A stretch of 31,281 bases of DNA from a virus (lineage: Duplodnaviria; Caudoviricetes). A program made the position numbers and the translations under genes. Below are positions 1-10,378 of the stretch, one piece after another. Under the pieces are notes generated by a model. It was not told where the DNA came from. It searched no databases and saw only the letters and a program-made list of their open reading frames with translations. The DNA is taken from positions 1 through 31,281 of the IMG/VR virus record IMGVR_UViG_3300033076_001090. One strand, given 5' to 3'. Within the stretch, counting starts at the first letter, position 1; the number at the start of each line of letters is the position of its first letter.

Positions 1-318
1 TCGACCGCCAGCTACCAGGTCGCATCGGCGGAGCGGCTGGTCTGGCTGGCTCCGTGGGTCGGCTCGGTGCCTGCGGCGTTCACGACCTACCGAGACCGAG
101 CGCAGGAGACCCGCAACGGAGGCCTCGGTCTTGGCGGCGGCTACCCGATCGGCGCCGATGACACCTACGCACAGAACGGCGGCTACGATGCGAAGCAAGG
201 CTGCATCGCACATGAGGCCACGGCTGGCGTTGTTACCTTCGGGCTGGCGACACATTCGCAGGTTGACCGCGTGGGCGTGGTCAACTGGGGCGTGGCCGTC
301 GAGGGCTTCTACCTCTGA
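1..318 (+). CDS. 3' part of tail-associated protein (joins 30886..31281; about 237 aa in total)
   Basis: Frame 1 is open from base 1 (STASYQVASAERLVWLAPW...) to TGA at 316-318 and is in phase with the ORF running off the right end. Confidence 0.8.
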   Translation, partial: STASYQVASAERLVWLAPWVGSVPAAFTTYRDRAQETRNGGLGLGGGYPIGADDTYAQNGGYDAKQGCIAHEATAGVVTFGLATHSQVDRVGVVNWGVAVEGFYL

Positions 319-326
319 GGTGAGCG

Positions 327-986
327 ATGGATCCGTTTACTCTGCTGGCAGGCGGCGCGGCCATCGCTAAGGCTGGCGCTGGCATCGCACAGGGCGTGGG
401 TACTGCTCGCGCTGCCAAGAAGATGATGTTGACTGACGCGGAGAAGCGCCAGCTCGCTGATCTCGAGGCGCGGCAGAGACAGGGCGAGCTCGGCCTGACC
501 GAGCAGCAGCGAGGCGCGCTTGAAGCGCGGTTCCTGCAGGAGCAGGCTGGCGCGACCCGAGAGCTGCAGACACAGGGCCTGCAGCAGGCTGCCGCCCGCG
601 CAGGCGGTGTCAGCGGTCGCGAGCTCTTCCTTCAGGAGCAGGCGCGCGCCGGCGCGCAGACGGGCATGCGGGTGCAGCAGGGCCAGGTGCTCGCAGAGGC
701 CGAACGTGCCGCAGCAGAGGCTGAAGCGCAGCGCATCGACGCGATGCGGGCGCAGCAGAAGGCGGCCGAGGCTCAGCGAGCGCAGGGTATCGCTCAGGCT
801 GTCAGTGGCGGCCTCGCTGGCGCAGCTGACGTCGGCATGCAGGCTGTGCAGATCAAGGAGCAGCGCGCCCAGGCTGAGGCTGCGCTGAAGGCACAGCAGT
901 TCGCCGTCGACGAAGCGGTGCGTCGTCTGCAGGCTTCAGGCGGAATCACTGGGGGCGGCCTCATTCCGCCGGCCCCCCGGAGGTAG
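327..986 (+). CDS. Putative internal virion/ejection (DNA transfer) protein, small
   Basis: GAGGTG RBS; Gly/Ala hydrophobic N-terminus (MDPFTLLAGGAAIAKAGAGIAQG) followed by Ala/Gln coiled coil; first of three helical genes after the tail genes, analogous to P22 gp7 / T7 gp14. Confidence 0.65.
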   Translation: MDPFTLLAGGAAIAKAGAGIAQGVGTARAAKKMMLTDAEKRQLADLEARQRQGELGLTEQQRGALEARFLQEQAGATRELQTQGLQQAAARAGGVSGRELFLQEQARAGAQTGMRVQQGQVLAEAERAAAEAEAQRIDAMRAQQKAAEAQRAQGIAQAVSGGLAGAADVGMQAVQIKEQRAQAEAALKAQQFAVDEAVRRLQASGGITGGGLIPPAPRR

Positions 987-989
987 AAC

Positions 990-2921
990 ATGGCCCGACG
1001 CGAGGACTACTACGAGCGCTACGCTCGCCAGCTGGCTGCCGTGAACCGAGTCAAGCGGTTCGAGGCAGAGGTCGCGAACGAGCAGCAGAGGCTGACCTAC
1101 CTCGACAGCCTGGTGCAGAACGAGCGCGCCAACCTCACGAGCCTGCAGCAGGTCTTCGCCGTCCCGCCGGTCGACCTGGCTGCGGTGCAAGCTGTGCTGC
1201 AGCAGGTCGGTGATGCGGCCGCGCAGCGCGCTGGCGTCGCTGCAGGTAGCCGAGCAGCCCGCGTGGAGGCGACCACGCTGAGCAAGGACGAGCGTGCGGC
1301 CATCATGGCTGGGGCCAGCGTCAAGGGCGACGCCCCAGGCATCCTGCGGCGCGCGACCGCGCTGATCTCTCCGACCATGACTCCGGAGAAGGCGACGGCC
1401 ATCGCCTCGTTCGCGGCGAGTCAGGCGCAGAAGTTCCAGGGCCCTGGGCAGGACCTGGGAGCCATCCAGGCCAACCTGCAGCGTGCGGCTGCCTCAGCCA
1501 AGGGGAAGGTCCCGACCGGTGCGGGCGCCGACATGGCTGCACAGGCGGCCGCAAGCCGAGCCCTCGAGCAGTTCGCGTTCGCCGGGCCGTCCGGTGTGCG
1601 AGGCGGCTACGGAGGCCTGGCCATCGTCGAACGCCGAGCGCAGACCGCGGACGAGCTCGAGCGCTCTGGCGACAAGGCTGCAGCCGACAAGCTGCGGGCC
1701 AGCGGCTTCGCGACCCAGGAAGACGCGCTGCAGGCTGCGCTCGAGGTCGCTCGCACGACCGGGGACGTCAGCCAGGCCGACCCCTACGCGCGCGACATCT
1801 ACATCGAGGCCCGCAACAAGCAGGCCTACCGCAACGACCAGCGGGCCGACTTCGAAGAGGAGATCTTGGCCAGCCGCAAGCGCATCGCACAGCTCGAGGC
1901 TGAGCGGGGCGCGCTGGACGCGGCCTATGACGACCCTGCCCTCGAGGTGCTGCGGAGGGAGCTCGAGGCGCAGGGCTACAAGGTCGAGCGCAAGGGCAGC
2001 GCCGACGAGTGGAAGAACCGCTACCTGCAGTACCAGAACACGCCGCTCTACGACACGCTGCTCAAGGCAGACCGACTGGTCGAGGGCGCTCGCACGAACG
2101 CGCGACCGCTGGCGCCTGCGACGACGGCGCAGACCAAGGCCATCAACCTCGCTCGAGCCTTTGACCAGGCAGGCACCACCTACGACATTGACGTGCTGCG
2201 AGAGCAGCTCGTCAAGGACAAGAGCCTGAGCGCTGCGAGCATCGACGATGCGCTGGCGTTCCTTGTCGCATACCGGGAGCTCGGCGGCGAGAAGCAGGAC
2301 CCAGTCAAGCTCGAGGCGGACGCGCAGGCAGCGCAGGCGGCGAAGCAGACTGACGCGCAGAAGGCCGAAGCTGCGAAGGCCCGCATGGCTGGCCTGCAGG
2401 CACAGAAGGCGGAGCTCGAGGCGAAGAAGGCAGCGGTCAACGCGGCGCCGCCCCAGCCGACGAAGCCTGCCGAGCTGCCTGCAGCGCTCGTGGCTGGCCT
2501 AGGAGCGCTCCCAGGCGCCCCTGGGGAGGAAGAGGCGCTGGTGTTCGGCGGAGGCGTTGTAGCGCCACAGCGCGAGGCAGACCCGACCAACCCGGCCTAC
2601 GCGTACCAGCCTCGACCCGAAGGGGGCTTCGATGTCTTCTTCAAGGGAGCCCCGTCCGGCGTGGCCAAGGCAGGCACGCGGGCTGCGCAGAGCATCGAGC
2701 AGGTGCTGGGAGGAGGGCGCGCCCTCCCCCCCCCGGCGCCTAAGCCTCGACCTGTGCCTGCGCAGCCTGCAGCGGCTCCTGCAGCTCCTCGTGCGGCTGC
2801 TCCTGCGAACCCGCCAGCGGCTGGCGCGGCGTCGGCGCCTGCGGCTTCGGCGGCGCCGGTGAAGCCAGTGTTCGAGACGACTGAGCAGCGGCTCAAGCGG
2901 CTGCTTGAGGCGTCCCGCTGA
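990..2921 (+). CDS. Putative internal virion/ejection protein, medium (643 aa)
   Basis: GGAGGT RBS; Ala-rich helical protein with Pro/Ala-rich C-terminus; position between the small and large ejection-type genes. Confidence 0.6.
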   Translation: MARREDYYERYARQLAAVNRVKRFEAEVANEQQRLTYLDSLVQNERANLTSLQQVFAVPPVDLAAVQAVLQQVGDAAAQRAGVAAGSRAARVEATTLSKDERAAIMAGASVKGDAPGILRRATALISPTMTPEKATAIASFAASQAQKFQGPGQDLGAIQANLQRAAASAKGKVPTGAGADMAAQAAASRALEQFAFAGPSGVRGGYGGLAIVERRAQTADELERSGDKAAADKLRASGFATQEDALQAALEVARTTGDVSQADPYARDIYIEARNKQAYRNDQRADFEEEILASRKRIAQLEAERGALDAAYDDPALEVLRRELEAQGYKVERKGSADEWKNRYLQYQNTPLYDTLLKADRLVEGARTNARPLAPATTAQTKAINLARAFDQAGTTYDIDVLREQLVKDKSLSAASIDDALAFLVAYRELGGEKQDPVKLEADAQAAQAAKQTDAQKAEAAKARMAGLQAQKAELEAKKAAVNAAPPQPTKPAELPAALVAGLGALPGAPGEEEALVFGGGVVAPQREADPTNPAYAYQPRPEGGFDVFFKGAPSGVAKAGTRAAQSIEQVLGGGRALPPPAPKPRPVPAQPAAAPAAPRAAAPANPPAAGAASAPAASAAPVKPVFETTEQRLKRLLEASR

Positions 2922-5900
2922 TGGCCACGCAAGCCGAGATGCTCGATGCCGCCGAGCGACTCATCGCCAAGGGCCGGAAGGACGAGGCGCGCGAGCTGCT
3001 CGAGCTTGTGCAGCAGATGGAGCCGTCGCTGGCGCTCACTCCGCAGCCCGCGCCCTTTCCTGCGTTCGCACCGACCAGCGAGGTGCAGCGTCGTGTCGAA
3101 CAGGCGGCGCGCGAGACCGCGCAGGCGCAGATCGAGGCGCGGGGACCCTTCATCGTCGGTGACCCGCTCAGGCAGGAGCAAGAAGCCGAGCGGCGTGCGC
3201 GCGCGGAGCTCGAGCGGCAACGCGGGCGACTCGTCGTCGCTGGTGAGGCCCGCCCGCTTGAGCCTGGGACCAGCGCGCCCTTCAGCCGAGCATCACGCGT
3301 GGTCGAGGCGCCTGGCGTCTTGCTGGAGCCAGTCGAGGGCACCGGCGTACTGGCACCAGACGAGCTGGCGCGGCGCGAAGCTGAGGCCCGCGTACCCGTC
3401 GAGGGGCTACCGGCGCCACTGGACCTGGAGGCGCTCGAGGCGCCCGAGCTGACGCGCTTCTACCGCGACCCTGCCACGGGCAAGCTGCGCAGACCGACCG
3501 TTCGTGAAGAGCTCGGCGAGGCCTTTCAGCTTCAGACCGAGGTCAGCGAAGAGCGCTTCCGCGAAGAAGAGCGCGTGCGAGGCGAACAGCAGCGCGAGAT
3601 CGACCGGCGCCTCGAGGCCGGTGAAGACGTGCCTGTCTTCGAGCGCTACGTCGGGCCCTTGATCAGCGGCGTGCTGACCAAGGAGCAACAAGGTGCTGGC
3701 GTGGTCGAGACTCCGCTGGGTGCTGCGCTGCGCTCTGCCCTCGGATGGGTCTCCGTGGCCGCTGCGGAAGGCTACTTCCGGGGCCTCGGCTACGAGGTCG
3801 ACGAGCGCGGGCTGCCACGCAACGCCGAGGACCTGGGCTACGAGCTGGCGAAGCTGCGTGAGCGCGCTGGGCTGCCTGAGGTGATCTTCCCGACGCAGGC
3901 TCTTGAGCAGGCCGTCACCAGCTACGCGGACGCGCTCGGCGCCGGTCCTGAGACTCGCACCACGATCACCAACGCGCTGGCTGCGCTCCCGCAGCTGGCG
4001 GTCCCGTTGCCTGGCGTGGCCACCCAGCGACAGACTCGCAAGGTGACGACGTTCGACCCTGAAGGTCGACGTCGGGTCACCGACGTCGAGGCTCCAGACC
4101 CGCTCGAGCAGCCCAAGGCGTTCCTGGAGTTCGAGGCGCGGCGCCTGACTGAGAACCTCGCCAAGGGGCGGACCCTCGGCGATGAATGGGCGGACACACC
4201 GGCGGTGCGGGACTACTACGCGCAGGTCACCGGAGATCCGGACGCAGCGTTCATCGCAGGCCTGGTGCCGGAGGTCATCCTTCCAGCGGGCCCCGAGGTG
4301 CTGCTGGGCATCGGCTACGTCGCTGACGTGGCGCGCTCGTTCGCGCGCGCCGAGCGCATGGCGGAGGTCAAGGCGGCGCAGGCGGCGGCGCAGGCTGCAG
4401 CGCGGAGTCGCGACTTCGTCCGAGGCCTCAGCGAGGCCAGTCCGGCCCGCGCTCGGCTGCCTGAGCTCGAGGCCCGAGCTGCGCAGCTCGAGGCTCGTGC
4501 GCTGGAGGCTGCTGACCAAGCAGCAGCCAACGTGAGTCCTGCAGTCGTCCAGGCTGTCGCACGCAAGGCGGCGCGCCTGGCTGTGGTCGATGAAGCGAAG
4601 CAGCAGGCCTTCATCGACAAGCTCGATGCAGTCAACTTCCCGAGCGACATCGCTCGGGTAGCCGACGAGGCAGGCCTGTCCGAGGCGGACAAGGCACGCG
4701 TCGTGTCGTTGACCAGCCAGAACACGCCGAGCGACTACGTTCTGATCAGCGACTCCATCGGTGTGCCTCGAGCGCTGGCAACCGAGGCGTCACAGCGGCT
4801 GGCGGCCCATCGTCGGGCCACGTTCGTGCGCACGCCAGACGAGGTGGCCGCTGCGCTGCGGGCTGAGGCTGCGCAGGCTTCGGGTCCCGTCCAGGCGAAG
4901 CTCTTTGAGCTCGCTGCGCGTGCGCCGGCGGATGTAGACGCGATCCGCAAGGAGGCCACGCTGGCCCTGAGAGAGTCGGCCCGTGCTCGAGGCCTGAGCG
5001 CCGACGAGGCGACCGTCTTCGCGCGCAGCTTCGACCAGCGCCCACCAGGTGAAGCGCTGCCTGAGCTCGCTCGCTACGCGACCTGGAGCGAGGTGCCTGC
5101 GGCTGCTCGGCGACAGGCGCAGGCAGCGTGGGAGGTGAAGTTCCTCGACCAGCTCGGGCCCATGGCGCGCCGCGCCGCAGACCTGACGCGGGCGAAAGTG
5201 TGGTTCGATGGCACGGAGTCAGTCTTCAATGGCCTGGCCGCGCGCAAGGCGCGCGCCCTGGCCCCGTTCGTCCCGCTGGACCGGGGCACCTTGGCGGCGG
5301 CGCGCGCCGCACGGGAGATCCAGGCCAAGGGCATCTCGAGCCTGCGGGAGCTGAAGGGCAAGCTCACCGAGGCCACGAAGCGCACTGGGAGCGTGGATGG
5401 AGCGCTGGACGAGCTCATGGCGGCCGAGCTGACGCGCTCCGCTGCAGCGCGGACTCCGGCACCGCAGGCCTGGGAGGCGCTGTTCGAGGCCTTCTACGGC
5501 GCCCGCAAGGACGCAGCCAAGGAGCGCGCCGCGCAGATCGTGAACCTCGAGCAGTACCCGACCGTCGCACAGGTCCGCGCTCTCGACAGGCTGCTCGAGA
5601 CGCAGGGCATCGTCACGGGCAAGGCGCCGGACGTCCGCGCGGGCTTCTTGAAGGTCATCCACGAGCAGGGGCTGAAGAAAGCGCTGAGCGCCGAGGCTCG
5701 CGACATCTACGCAGCTCAGGCGGCGATCGATCTGGCACCGGGCCAGACGCTCCAGGACATCGTCCAGCGGTTCCCGCAGCCTGGCGCTGTGCGAACGCTG
5801 CCTGTGCCGGACTTGACGACTGCAACGCCATCGACCCGCATCGCACTGGTGGACCCGACCGCTGGCGAGGTCGAGCGGGTTCTGTCTGAAGGCGTAGCGG

Positions 5901-7549
5901 ATGGCCTCTTCACGGCGATCGACAGCGTCCCAGTGCGCGCTCGAGGGGCCACGTCAGCCTACCTGCAGGATGCCATCGAGCACGCAGCGAGCATCGGTCG
6001 GCGCGACTCGCAGAGCCGCTTCACCTACGGCTACATCCTGCCGAACGTGCCTGTGCAGCTTGGTCGGCTGGCTCAGCTCGGCCTATTGCCGATGGCAACC
6101 ATCGGCGCGCGGCGCACCCTTGAAGCGGCTGGCTTGGTGGGTCGCGACGCGCTGGACTACGCCACAGAGGCAGTCTTCAACCGCCGGATGCTGGGGACCG
6201 GCATTGTCGATGATGCTGGCGTCTACTACAGCCCGAAGGTCATCGAGGACCTGGCGCGCAGCTACGGTGTTGGCACGAGCGCTGTCGAGGCAGAGCGGGT
6301 CGGCTCGCTGGGGCGCGATCTGCTGCGGGAGGCGCAAGCTGCAGCTGCGAAGCACCCACGGCTGGCGAGCGTGCTCGAGACCGCGAACCCCCTCGATCGC
6401 GGGCTCTTCTTGCGGTTCGCTGAGGCGCTTGAGCTCAACTTCCGGCGCAGCGTCTTCGAACTCGCGTTGGCGGCGGGCCGCCCTCCAGCTGAGGCTGCCG
6501 ACCTGGCGAAGCGGTCGCAGCTCGACTTCGATGCGACGCCGGAGTTCGTGCGCAACCAAGCAGCGCGCTGGCTCGGCGAGAGCGCGTGGCTCTACGCTGC
6601 GACCACGCAGGCCCTCGGCACCGTGGCAGCGCAGCCGAGGCTGGCTGTGGCCACGCTGCAGGCTGCTCGGGCCAAGGCCGAGGCTCAGGACCCCTACAGC
6701 TTGCACGGAGACAAGGCTCTGACGTCGCTCGGCATCATCGAGGCCGACGGCGACGCGTACTACCTGCCCAGCGTGCCCGCCTTCAAGCCGCTCGAGGCTG
6801 CGATCGGCGCTGCTCGGCGCGCTGACCTCATCGTGCGGGACATCCGCGCGGCCTACGGGCAAGGGGATGCAGTTGACGCTGGCATCGTGGCGCTCGAGCA
6901 GGGCGCTGGATCGGTGGCCAACGTCGCAGCTGCCCTCATGGCGCCCGAGGTGCTTGAGGCCTGGGAGCGCTACGACGAAGGTGCCGCCTACGTCACAGCG
7001 GGCATCCCGACCGCTGAGCCGCTCAGCGACGAGAAGGCCTTCTGGGCGCTGGCGATGAACGCTCACGTGAAGGACCCCTCGAGGCTTCCGGGAGGGGAGT
7101 GGGAGGACTTCCTACGCGTGTACCAGCCTGAGCTCGTGCTCCCTCCGGCGGACCTGGCAGACAAGCAGGATGCGCGCTTGTGGACCGGTGTGCCTCCGGA
7201 GGGCCTGCCGCACCTGCGGATGGGTACGACTCCGGAGGGGCGAGAGCTCTGGATGAGCTTCAAGCCGTCCGCTGTCGGCCTCAAGCGGCTCAGCGTTCTG
7301 CGGGCACTGACTCCGGACAACCTCGAGCAGGCTCTGCAGCTCTACAGCGCGTTCAACGTCGACAGCTTCCGCGCTCGCGACATCCGTGCCTCGGCGCCGC
7401 CTTTCGACATCCGTCCGGAGCCTGTGCTGGCGCCGACCTTGCCGCAGGCTGCCGCTGAGCTCGTGCTGCCACGCGTTACAGTGTCTCCAGCGGAGGGGCG
7501 TCGCAGGCAAGCTGAAGCTGTCAAGGCCGTCCGAGAGAACGTGAAGTAG
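2921..7549 (+). CDS. Putative large internal virion/ejection protein (1542 aa)
   Basis: TGATG coupling to the upstream gene; largest ORF; Ala/Arg/Glu-rich helical composition; positional analogue of T7 gp16. Confidence 0.6.
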   Translation: MATQAEMLDAAERLIAKGRKDEARELLELVQQMEPSLALTPQPAPFPAFAPTSEVQRRVEQAARETAQAQIEARGPFIVGDPLRQEQEAERRARAELERQRGRLVVAGEARPLEPGTSAPFSRASRVVEAPGVLLEPVEGTGVLAPDELARREAEARVPVEGLPAPLDLEALEAPELTRFYRDPATGKLRRPTVREELGEAFQLQTEVSEERFREEERVRGEQQREIDRRLEAGEDVPVFERYVGPLISGVLTKEQQGAGVVETPLGAALRSALGWVSVAAAEGYFRGLGYEVDERGLPRNAEDLGYELAKLRERAGLPEVIFPTQALEQAVTSYADALGAGPETRTTITNALAALPQLAVPLPGVATQRQTRKVTTFDPEGRRRVTDVEAPDPLEQPKAFLEFEARRLTENLAKGRTLGDEWADTPAVRDYYAQVTGDPDAAFIAGLVPEVILPAGPEVLLGIGYVADVARSFARAERMAEVKAAQAAAQAAARSRDFVRGLSEASPARARLPELEARAAQLEARALEAADQAAANVSPAVVQAVARKAARLAVVDEAKQQAFIDKLDAVNFPSDIARVADEAGLSEADKARVVSLTSQNTPSDYVLISDSIGVPRALATEASQRLAAHRRATFVRTPDEVAAALRAEAAQASGPVQAKLFELAARAPADVDAIRKEATLALRESARARGLSADEATVFARSFDQRPPGEALPELARYATWSEVPAAARRQAQAAWEVKFLDQLGPMARRAADLTRAKVWFDGTESVFNGLAARKARALAPFVPLDRGTLAAARAAREIQAKGISSLRELKGKLTEATKRTGSVDGALDELMAAELTRSAAARTPAPQAWEALFEAFYGARKDAAKERAAQIVNLEQYPTVAQVRALDRLLETQGIVTGKAPDVRAGFLKVIHEQGLKKALSAEARDIYAAQAAIDLAPGQTLQDIVQRFPQPGAVRTLPVPDLTTATPSTRIALVDPTAGEVERVLSEGVADGLFTAIDSVPVRARGATSAYLQDAIEHAASIGRRDSQSRFTYGYILPNVPVQLGRLAQLGLLPMATIGARRTLEAAGLVGRDALDYATEAVFNRRMLGTGIVDDAGVYYSPKVIEDLARSYGVGTSAVEAERVGSLGRDLLREAQAAAAKHPRLASVLETANPLDRGLFLRFAEALELNFRRSVFELALAAGRPPAEAADLAKRSQLDFDATPEFVRNQAARWLGESAWLYAATTQALGTVAAQPRLAVATLQAARAKAEAQDPYSLHGDKALTSLGIIEADGDAYYLPSVPAFKPLEAAIGAARRADLIVRDIRAAYGQGDAVDAGIVALEQGAGSVANVAAALMAPEVLEAWERYDEGAAYVTAGIPTAEPLSDEKAFWALAMNAHVKDPSRLPGGEWEDFLRVYQPELVLPPADLADKQDARLWTGVPPEGLPHLRMGTTPEGRELWMSFKPSAVGLKRLSVLRALTPDNLEQALQLYSAFNVDSFRARDIRASAPPFDIRPEPVLAPTLPQAAAELVLPRVTVSPAEGRRRQAEAVKAVRENVK

Positions 7550-7572
7550 CCGCCCGAGCACGAGGGGGAACC

Positions 7573-8001
7573 ATGCCGACACGGATCACCAACTTCCTGC
7601 ACGTCAGCCAGACCACTGGGACGACTGCGCTCACCAACGCGTTCGGGACTGCCCGCACGCATGACCTGGCTGCCTTCAGGCCGGTCTTCACCCAGGCACC
7701 GTTCTGGGTCGGCATCCTGGACACAGTGAACCTGCACGTCCATGCCATCGCTGGTGGCTGCACGAAGCTCACAGTGCGAGTGACCAGCGACGCTGCGGGC
7801 AACGAGAGCATCGTCCCTGACACTGAGGCGACCATCGCCACCGGCATCAGCACGGCGACGACTGGCAGCGTCGTCTTCTCGGCTGGCGTCGGCATGAGCA
7901 ACTTGAACCCAACGCAGACGGACGCGCTGGTCTACGTGTGGGTCAAGACCGACGCAGGCACGGCCAACCTCAAAGAGTCCACCCTGACTTGGCGGGAGTG
8001 A
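7573..8001 (+). CDS. Hypothetical beta-rich virion protein (142 aa)
   Basis: GAGGGGG RBS; Thr/Val-rich beta-strand pattern; directly upstream of the Ig-repeat protein. Confidence 0.6.
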   Translation: MPTRITNFLHVSQTTGTTALTNAFGTARTHDLAAFRPVFTQAPFWVGILDTVNLHVHAIAGGCTKLTVRVTSDAAGNESIVPDTEATIATGISTATTGSVVFSAGVGMSNLNPTQTDALVYVWVKTDAGTANLKESTLTWRE

Positions 8002-8004
8002 GCC

Positions 8005-9444
8005 ATGCCCATCGTCCCCATCTTCGGCGGCGGCGGGTCTACCCCGGCACCGCCCCTCGCCTGGGCGGCGCCCGCAACGGTCTCGCGTCCGCTCGGCAGC
8101 ACGACTGCCACCATCAACTGGGCAGCCGCCACGGGAGGCACGGCGCCCTACACCTATGCCACCCCAGGCGTGGCCTTCGACTCGCAGGCCGGCAGCACGA
8201 CCGCGCTGTACTCGACCACCAGCCTCACCACCGATGTGACCGGCCTCGTGAACGGGCAGGTCATCGTGCTGTCTCGGGACGTGGTTGACGCCACCGGGGC
8301 CACCCTTCAGGTGCAGGCCGTGGTGACCGTCTCGGCGGGCACGGCGACGCTGACCTTCGGCTCTGCACCGGCTGATCAGGCGCTCGCGAGCGACGCCACC
8401 TCCGTCCTGCTCGGCACGTGGGGTGCCGCCTCGGGAGGCACTGGCCCCTACACCTACGCGGTCACGGACGTGTCGGGCGCGACGACCACGCTGTCTGGCT
8501 CCGGCGTCGGCCCGTGGGCCGCCCTTGGCTTCTCGCCCGGGCGCACCTACGTCTACCTGATGACGGCGACCGACAGCCTGGGGGCCAAGGGCTACTCGTA
8601 CATCACCATCACCGTTGCTGCCTCAGCCACGCTCGGTGAGTACGTGGTCGAGGACGAGGTGGACTTCACGGACGCCGACTGGACCGCGTTCTCGACCACC
8701 TCGACGACTGCGAGCACCACGGCGTGGTACGCGACGCTGTACGGTGCCGACGGGGTCACGCCCCGCTGCTACCTATACAACAACGTGACGGACGCCCGCA
8801 CCATCACGCTGAACCCCTCGAGCACGGGCTTGCAGCTGGTCAACGGCTCGACGGCCACCCAGCCCACCATCGGTGTCTGGCCTGCCGGTTGGGACGCGAT
8901 GCGCGGAGGCGCGCGCCGAGACGTGTGGATGGTCGAGGCGGTCTACGAGGGAGAGGAGCCTGCGGGCACCGCAGCCTTCGTGCATATGTGCGGCATCAGC
9001 ACGAACGGCACGACGATGGCCACGTCACCGGGCACGGGCATCCGCGTCACTGAGTCCAGCTCCAACGTCATCATCATGCGGGCGTTCAGCTACATCTCCG
9101 GGTTCACGACTTCGACGATCCAGACCATCACGGGCGGACCACGCAACTACAAGGTGGCGGTGCAGCTGACGGTCGCAGACAGCCGCAGGCACGACATCTA
9201 TGCGAACGTCGGCTCGACCGACTTCTGCACACCTGAGACCGGGCTGCGCGTTCGGGTGCAGGCGACGTCCACGTCGATGACTGCGGTCAACGCGGACGTT
9301 GCGAGCGACGGCTTCCCATGGTTTGACCTGGGCATCCAGAACCGGACGAAGTTCTGGCTGTACCACGATGGCGCGGCAACTACCGGCTCGTTCCTCCGCC
9401 TCAAGAAGCTGCGGCTGCTTCGCTTGCCGCTCGGGAGTCGATGA
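8005..9444 (+). CDS. Ig-like repeat virion protein / putative adhesin or receptor-binding protein (479 aa)
   Basis: Two GGT(A/G)PYTY motifs and a TATDSLG motif typical of Ig-like/SprB-like repeats; Thr-rich; aromatic beta-rich C-terminal domain. Confidence 0.6.
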   Translation: MPIVPIFGGGGSTPAPPLAWAAPATVSRPLGSTTATINWAAATGGTAPYTYATPGVAFDSQAGSTTALYSTTSLTTDVTGLVNGQVIVLSRDVVDATGATLQVQAVVTVSAGTATLTFGSAPADQALASDATSVLLGTWGAASGGTGPYTYAVTDVSGATTTLSGSGVGPWAALGFSPGRTYVYLMTATDSLGAKGYSYITITVAASATLGEYVVEDEVDFTDADWTAFSTTSTTASTTAWYATLYGADGVTPRCYLYNNVTDARTITLNPSSTGLQLVNGSTATQPTIGVWPAGWDAMRGGARRDVWMVEAVYEGEEPAGTAAFVHMCGISTNGTTMATSPGTGIRVTESSSNVIIMRAFSYISGFTTSTIQTITGGPRNYKVAVQLTVADSRRHDIYANVGSTDFCTPETGLRVRVQATSTSMTAVNADVASDGFPWFDLGIQNRTKFWLYHDGAATTGSFLRLKKLRLLRLPLGSR

Positions 9445-9677
9445 TGTCTGCCACGACCGCGACCTATGAGTGGACGGTGCCGGATGCTGAGACCGGCACG
9501 CCCATCGTGTCCTTCAATGTGCGCTTCGAGAAGGTTGAGCTCGAACGTCTTCTCGCAGCGTACGACCCCAACAGCGGCACGTCTCCCGGTGTCGCCGATG
9601 CGCGACCGGTGCTGCGTGCCATCCTCAATGCGTCCCCTGCCCTGCAAGTGGAGGTGCCCAGTGATGGCTCAGGTTGA
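9441..9677 (+). CDS. Hypothetical protein (78 aa)
   Basis: ATGA overlap with the upstream gene, GGGAG RBS, plausible protein composition. Confidence 0.6.
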   Translation: MMSATTATYEWTVPDAETGTPIVSFNVRFEKVELERLLAAYDPNSGTSPGVADARPVLRAILNASPALQVEVPSDGSG

Positions 9678-9984
9678 CCCCTCGACCCTCTCCTCACTGG
9701 TGCCTCTGCTTGCAGGCCCTGGCGCCGCGGTCATCGTGCTGGTGCTCGTGCTCTGGGGGCTCTACACCCTGGCGGTGTCGCACCTGATGCCGCTGGTCGG
9801 CGCCATTGGCAAACGGCACCTCGACCAGATCGATTCGTTGATCGCGAACCAGAAGGCCGAGAGCATCGCCATCACCAAGACGCTTGCGAGTATCGACCGT
9901 CGTTTGGCGCGACTTGAGGGCCTGACCGACGCCGGAGCCTTCATCCCGAACGCCGGCGCGCAGTCGCCGGACCGGAGCACCTGA
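9664..9984 (+). CDS. Putative holin / membrane protein (106 aa)
   Basis: ATG at 9664 with GGAGGT RBS (the track's 9466 start is too long); hydrophobic helix [24 protein letters not shown] then coiled coil; upstream of the endolysin. Confidence 0.55.
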   Translation: MAQVDPSTLSSLVPLLAGPGAAVIVLVLVLWGLYTLAVSHLMPLVGAIGKRHLDQIDSLIANQKAESIAITKTLASIDRRLARLEGLTDAGAFIPNAGAQSPDRST

Positions 9985-10124
9985 TGCCGCTGAAGGAGGG
10001 GAGGAGCCGCAAGGCCATCGAAGCGAACATCCGCAAGCTGATCGACGAGAAGTACCCACCGAAGCAGGCGGTCGCGATCGCCTACGACAAGGCTGGCAAG
10101 ACCAAGAAGGCTGGTGGCAAGTGA
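9984..10124 (+). CDS. Small basic phage protein (46 aa, [46 protein letters not shown]); not in the ORF track
   Basis: Hand-translated; TGATG overlap upstream and GTGA overlap downstream; matches the widespread phage MPLKxGxS..NI..(Q)AVAIA family pattern. Confidence 0.8.
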   Translation: MPLKEGRSRKAIEANIRKLIDEKYPPKQAVAIAYDKAGKTKKAGGK

Positions 10125-10378
10125 GCTCGGTGCGCCGGATCAAGCAGGGCGAACCCGGCTACGGGCGCAAGAAGTTCGTTGCGACTGGGACCTACGAGGG
10201 CAAGCAGTACACCGTTCGCTTCGGCGATCCGGACATGGAGATCAAGCGGGACGACCCGGATCGACGTGCGAACTTCCGCGCTCGACACGGCTGCGACGAC
10301 CCTGGGGCGCCGAACAAGGCGCGGTACTGGAGCTGCAAGATGTGGAGCAGCAGGCCGGTGAGTGAGGTGGTGAAGTGA
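10121..10378 (+). CDS. Conserved small basic phage protein (85 aa)
   Basis: VRFGDxxM...RRxNFRARHxC...YWSCKxW pattern common in environmental phage proteins; GTGA-coupled at both ends. Confidence 0.75.
   Translation: MSSVRRIKQGEPGYGRKKFVATGTYEGKQYTVRFGDPDMEIKRDDPDRRANFRARHGCDDPGAPNKARYWSCKMWSSRPVSEVVK

Noticed and set aside
2726-2734. C9 homopolymer as a phase-variation or frameshift site
   Set aside because: It encodes part of a Pro-rich linker in an intact frame; no evidence of slippage without read data.
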